IMG/VR virus record: IMGVR_UViG_3300037067_027627
Strand: one strand, 5' to 3'
From: a virus
Taxonomy: Duplodnaviria > Heunggongvirae > Uroviricota > Caudoviricetes
DNA: 25,868 nucleotides
Part shown: piece by piece, positions 22,963 through 25,868 of the stretch
Position numbering within the stretch: position 1 is the first letter of the stretch
Layout: each line of letters opens with the position of its first letter
The notes under the pieces: generated by a model
Told to the model about the DNA's origin: nothing
What the model saw: only the letters and a program-made list of their open reading frames with translations
The model's database searches: none
Position numbers and translations under genes: made by a program

Positions 22963-25482
22963 ATGTCCGTTTCTATAAATCGATGGAGTGCGCATCCATA
23001 TTTCTTCATAAATGGCGATCTCGATTTTCGTGTTATAAAAGCATTGACACGCGAGATGAGCTTCTATGTAGAAGGATTCGAGCGCACGAAGAAGTATAAG
23101 GAAGGGAGATGGGATGGTACAGAGTGTTTACTGTACAAGTCAAAGAAAGGTGTATATTTCTTCCCGGTCGGGATGCTTGACAAAGTGAAGCAGATATTCG
23201 GAGATTTCGAAGTAGAATACTTTGTTCAGGATATTCAGTTGAAAGACGTTCAGAAGAACTACAAGCAACTTGATCTGAAATGGACTGGGTATACCCTTCG
23301 TGATTACCAGACAAAATCTGTGATGACAATCAAAAACAACGGTGGGGGAACGATCAACCTTCCAACTGGTGCCGGGAAGACATTGATCATGATACGACTC
23401 ATGTACGAGTACAATCTTCCATGCCTTGTCATAGTTCATACGAAGGAGCTTTTGTACCAGTGGGAGAAAAACATCAAGACATACTTGAACGGGCGATGTC
23501 CGGGTCTTATTGGGGATGGGAATATGAGTTTCGACCCCATCACTGTTGCAATGATGCAAACGTTATCCCAGAAGATCGTAAAAGACAAGATGGAGAATCT
23601 GGATTATCCGATTCTCATGATCGACGAGTGCTTCCCGTACAACACCGAGATCATAACTGAAAGTGGGGTTATGAAGATTGGAGACATAGTTCGTGGGAAA
23701 CTCGAAGTAAAGGTTCTGACTCATACCGGGCAATTCAAGCGGGTTGTGGGATGGTATGAGAAACCGGTTGTAAAGAATATGGTTCGTGTAACCCACGAAC
23801 GTGGATCGTTTGAATGCACAGAGGATCACAAGATACTCACTGACATAGGGTGGGTTAGAGCAAAGTATTTGGTCTGCGGGAGCGTAGTGTATAATTACAA
23901 TGACATTCACGCAGAATACAGACGTTGTTCGATGCAAAACATGCGGGAAGGAGTTCCCAACATATCAGGCGTTGGGAGGTCATGTGAATGTGGTTCACAA
24001 ACATCCAGAAATACAGAAGGTGCGTGGAATGCGGTATGTCGCACTTCGCACTCCGGAACGGGATTCGAAGAGAACCGAGAAGTTCTTAGAAACAACGAAG
24101 TCAAAACTGGGAACCGTTTCTCTAACGGATACCCAGTATCAGATGGTACTGGGAAGCTTATTAGGAGATATGAACATTGGATACGCGAATTCACGAAGCC
24201 GGTTTCCGAGGTTGAGAATAGTTCACGGTTCGAAACAGTCAGAGTATGTTCAGTGGAAATACTCGGTGTTGCAGAATATCGTGAAAACTTCTCCAAAAAC
24301 TACGAAGAACGGGGGGTTTGGGGATTTTCAGACATGGTTCAACACACAGAGTCTCCCATGCTTGGTTCCGATTTACAATCTCGTAATGACAAACAACGGA
24401 AGAAAAACAATCACCAAGGAATGGTTGAGTCAGATATCAAGCCCTGCGGCTCTTGCGACATGGTTCATGGACGATGGAGGTCATACGGGGAAGACATTGA
24501 CGTTTTCTCTTGGGAGGGTATCTCCGATGGAAGCTATTACAATATCAGAATGGTTAAAAAACAGGTGGGGGGTTCAGTCCATGATATACAATCGGACGAA
24601 GCAATGGGTTCTTGTGATAATGCGGAAGCAGGAAGTGAAGAATTTCTTGGATCTGATCAAACCATACGTGATACCAACGATGGAATACAAGATGGACACT
24701 CTGTATTCGATATAACAGTAGAAGACGATCACTCGTATACTGCGAACGGGATTGTGGTAAGTAATTGTCATCGTGCTCCGGCTGATACGGCATATCTTGT
24801 TGCTATGCACTGTAACGCTCCGGTTCGTATAGGAGCTAGTGCAACCCCAACCCGAACCGATGGTGCTCAGATTAAGATATGGGCGTGCTGCGGGGAGATC
24901 AAGTCTACGATCACAGCGGCTGAGTTGATAGAACGTGGCATACTTGCGAAGCCAGAATTCGTGTTTCTCAACCCTCCGCCGGTATACTGCGGGAAACGAT
25001 CTCACTATTCCGATGTATACCTGCAAGGTATAGTTATAAACGAAGGGCGCAATGCACTGGTTATAAAGAAAGCAACCGAATACGCATCGGCTGGAAATAT
25101 CGTATACATTCATGTCGAACGGGTTGATCACGGGGAGATGCTGAAAGAACGTATACCCGGGTCTGTATTTCTAAGTGGGAAGGATGGGACAACCGTGCGG
25201 CAGGGTGTGCTAAAGAAATTCGCAAAAGGCGAAATCAAAGTTCTTGTGTCAACACTTTTGAAAGAAGGTGTAGACATACCGGTAATGAACGTGTTTATTG
25301 CAGCGGGTGCCGGGAAATCGCCAATCGGAGTAATTCAGAAAGCAGGTCGTGCGCTTCGGGTTGCTCCCGGGAAAACAACTGCGATCATTGTGGATTTCCG
25401 TGATAGTGGACGGTATCTGGGAGATCACTGGTCGGATAGATACAACATATACAAGGCTACATTCGGGGAATATTGCCCATAA
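22963..25482 (+). CDS. SF2 DExH helicase (UvsW/XPB-like) interrupted by an intein; about 460 aa after splicing
   Basis: Q motif LRDYQ, motif I LPTGAGKT, motif II IDE|CH split by the intein, motif III GASATP, motif V LKEGVDIP, motif VI IQKAGRALR. The ORF track start at 22825 overlaps the SSAP gene; ATG 22963 is more plausible. Confidence 0.92.
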   Translation: MSVSINRWSAHPYFFINGDLDFRVIKALTREMSFYVEGFERTKKYKEGRWDGTECLLYKSKKGVYFFPVGMLDKVKQIFGDFEVEYFVQDIQLKDVQKNYKQLDLKWTGYTLRDYQTKSVMTIKNNGGGTINLPTGAGKTLIMIRLMYEYNLPCLVIVHTKELLYQWEKNIKTYLNGRCPGLIGDGNMSFDPITVAMMQTLSQKIVKDKMENLDYPILMIDECFPYNTEIITESGVMKIGDIVRGKLEVKVLTHTGQFKRVVGWYEKPVVKNMVRVTHERGSFECTEDHKILTDIGWVRAKYLVCGSVVYNYNDIHAEYRRCSMQNMREGVPNISGVGRSCECGSQTSRNTEGAWNAVCRTSHSGTGFEENREVLRNNEVKTGNRFSNGYPVSDGTGKLIRRYEHWIREFTKPVSEVENSSRFETVRVCSVEILGVAEYRENFSKNYEERGVWGFSDMVQHTESPMLGSDLQSRNDKQRKKNNHQGMVESDIKPCGSCDMVHGRWRSYGEDIDVFSWEGISDGSYYNIRMVKKQVGGSVHDIQSDEAMGSCDNAEAGSEEFLGSDQTIRDTNDGIQDGHSVFDITVEDDHSYTANGIVVSNCHRAPADTAYLVAMHCNAPVRIGASATPTRTDGAQIKIWACCGEIKSTITAAELIERGILAKPEFVFLNPPPVYCGKRSHYSDVYLQGIVINEGRNALVIKKATEYASAGNIVYIHVERVDHGEMLKERIPGSVFLSGKDGTTVRQGVLKKFAKGEIKVLVSTLLKEGVDIPVMNVFIAAGAGKSPIGVIQKAGRALRVAPGKTTAIIVDFRDSGRYLGDHWSDRYNIYKATFGEYCP
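23629..24765 (+). mobile_element. Intein (379 aa) in helicase motif II
   Basis: Block A CFPYNTEIIT, block B FECTEDHKILT (TxxH), block F VFDITVEDDHSY, block G ANGIVVSN followed by a Cys +1 nucleophile. Removal restores DE-CH. Confidence 0.95.
23900..24715 (+). CDS. C2H2 zinc finger + two-motif LAGLIDADG homing endonuclease, nested in the +1 frame of the intein
   Basis: CKTCGKEFPTYQALGGHVNVVH; first motif QMVLGSLLGDMNI; HGSKQSEYVQWK; second motif ALATWFMDDGG; C-terminal IKPYVIPTMEYKM. These match the LAGLIDADG_2-type family. Confidence 0.9.
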   Translation: MTFTQNTDVVRCKTCGKEFPTYQALGGHVNVVHKHPEIQKVRGMRYVALRTPERDSKRTEKFLETTKSKLGTVSLTDTQYQMVLGSLLGDMNIGYANSRSRFPRLRIVHGSKQSEYVQWKYSVLQNIVKTSPKTTKNGGFGDFQTWFNTQSLPCLVPIYNLVMTNNGRKTITKEWLSQISSPAALATWFMDDGGHTGKTLTFSLGRVSPMEAITISEWLKNRWGVQSMIYNRTKQWVLVIMRKQEVKNFLDLIKPYVIPTMEYKMDTLYSI

Positions 25483-25526
25483 AATACCCGTAACATTTTT
25501 ATACATCATTGCCAGTACGTTCATAT

Positions 25527-25868
25527 ATGATTTCAACTGGATTCGGTAAGGATGATGATAGGGCACCGTGTCCAAAATGCAAAGAGTACATAGAGCATGC
25601 AGAAACAATCATGGAAAGCATAGATGACATAGAACGCAGAATGAATGAACTCAAGATGTTCTTTTCAACTCACGAGTGGGTTCTTGTAGAGAACTCGGAA
25701 AATATTAAAAAACTCCACGATCCATCGAAAGATATGGATATGAACTCGTTGCAGGAAGCATATGCGCAAAGTGTGCGGTTCAAGCGGCTTGTCGATTCGG
25801 TATCAAGGTCGCTTGACAGGATACGTTCCCAGTGCGATGACTTTGGTGGCATCGATGAAAACTTGTAG
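25527..25868 (+). CDS. Hypothetical coiled-coil protein with a CPKC motif
   Basis: ATG 25527 lies about 25 nt after TTTTTATA; stop TAG at the window end. Confidence 0.6.
   Translation: MISTGFGKDDDRAPCPKCKEYIEHAETIMESIDDIERRMNELKMFFSTHEWVLVENSENIKKLHDPSKDMDMNSLQEAYAQSVRFKRLVDSVSRSLDRIRSQCDDFGGIDENL

Larger units (their letters stand above)
1..25868. mobile_element. Segment of an archaeal virus or large extrachromosomal element, probably of a methanogen
   Basis: Virus-type replication/recombination set (primpol-helicase, exonuclease, SSB-like, SSAP-like, SF2 helicase), nucleotide-metabolism genes, MTases, many short orphan ORFs with ATGA/GTGA overlaps, archaeal TATA boxes and GGTGA SD sites. 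No housekeeping operons. Virus versus plasmid cannot be settled because no capsid gene was recognised. Confidence 0.8.

Noticed and set aside
23629-24765. Explanation of the out-of-frame endonuclease as two compensating sequencing errors or a decayed pseudogene
   Set aside because: It would not keep the intein frame stop-free over about 272 codons while leaving both LAGLIDADG motifs intact. It remains formally testable with reads.
24554-25131. Minus-strand ORFs (79 and 185 aa) over the intein end and helicase C-terminus
   Set aside because: Antisense to well-supported coding frames, with no motifs.
1-25868. tRNA, rRNA, CRISPR array, integrase/att site, capsid, portal or terminase genes
   Set aside because: None recognised by eye. 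Intergenic spaces are mostly too short; tRNAscan-SE, Infernal and HMM searches would be needed to exclude divergent cases.

Overview
No tRNA, rRNA, CRISPR array, integrase, capsid or terminase gene was recognised. The window is gene-dense, roughly 43-45% GC by eye, and looks like part of an archaeal virus or other large extrachromosomal element. The likely host is a methanogen, possibly Methanomicrobiales; this is inferred from archaeal TATA/BRE promoters, GGTGA-type ribosome-binding sites, many leaderless starts, an archaeal-type thymidylate synthase and a small NrdD-C-terminus-like zinc protein. Most genes from 1 to 20289 are on the minus strand: a large disordered protein missed by the ORF track (<1..1603), HTH/wHTH proteins, an RNA ligase + HD pair, MazG, the NrdD-like protein, GNAT, two DNA methyltransferases, SLOG, thymidylate synthase, a PD-(D/E)XK nuclease, a 1183-aa primase-polymerase/Fe-S-helicase-like fusion, an exonuclease and a cluster of small membrane proteins. 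From 20342 the plus strand carries a ParB-like gene, a putative OB-fold SSB, a Rad52-like annealing protein and an SF2 helicase. The most striking feature is a 379-aa intein in helicase motif II (23629..24765) with no in-frame endonuclease. Instead, a C2H2-finger + LAGLIDADG homing endonuclease is encoded as a separate, fully nested +1-frame ORF (23900..24715), and both frames are stop-free. All family calls come from motif recognition by eye; no searches were run.
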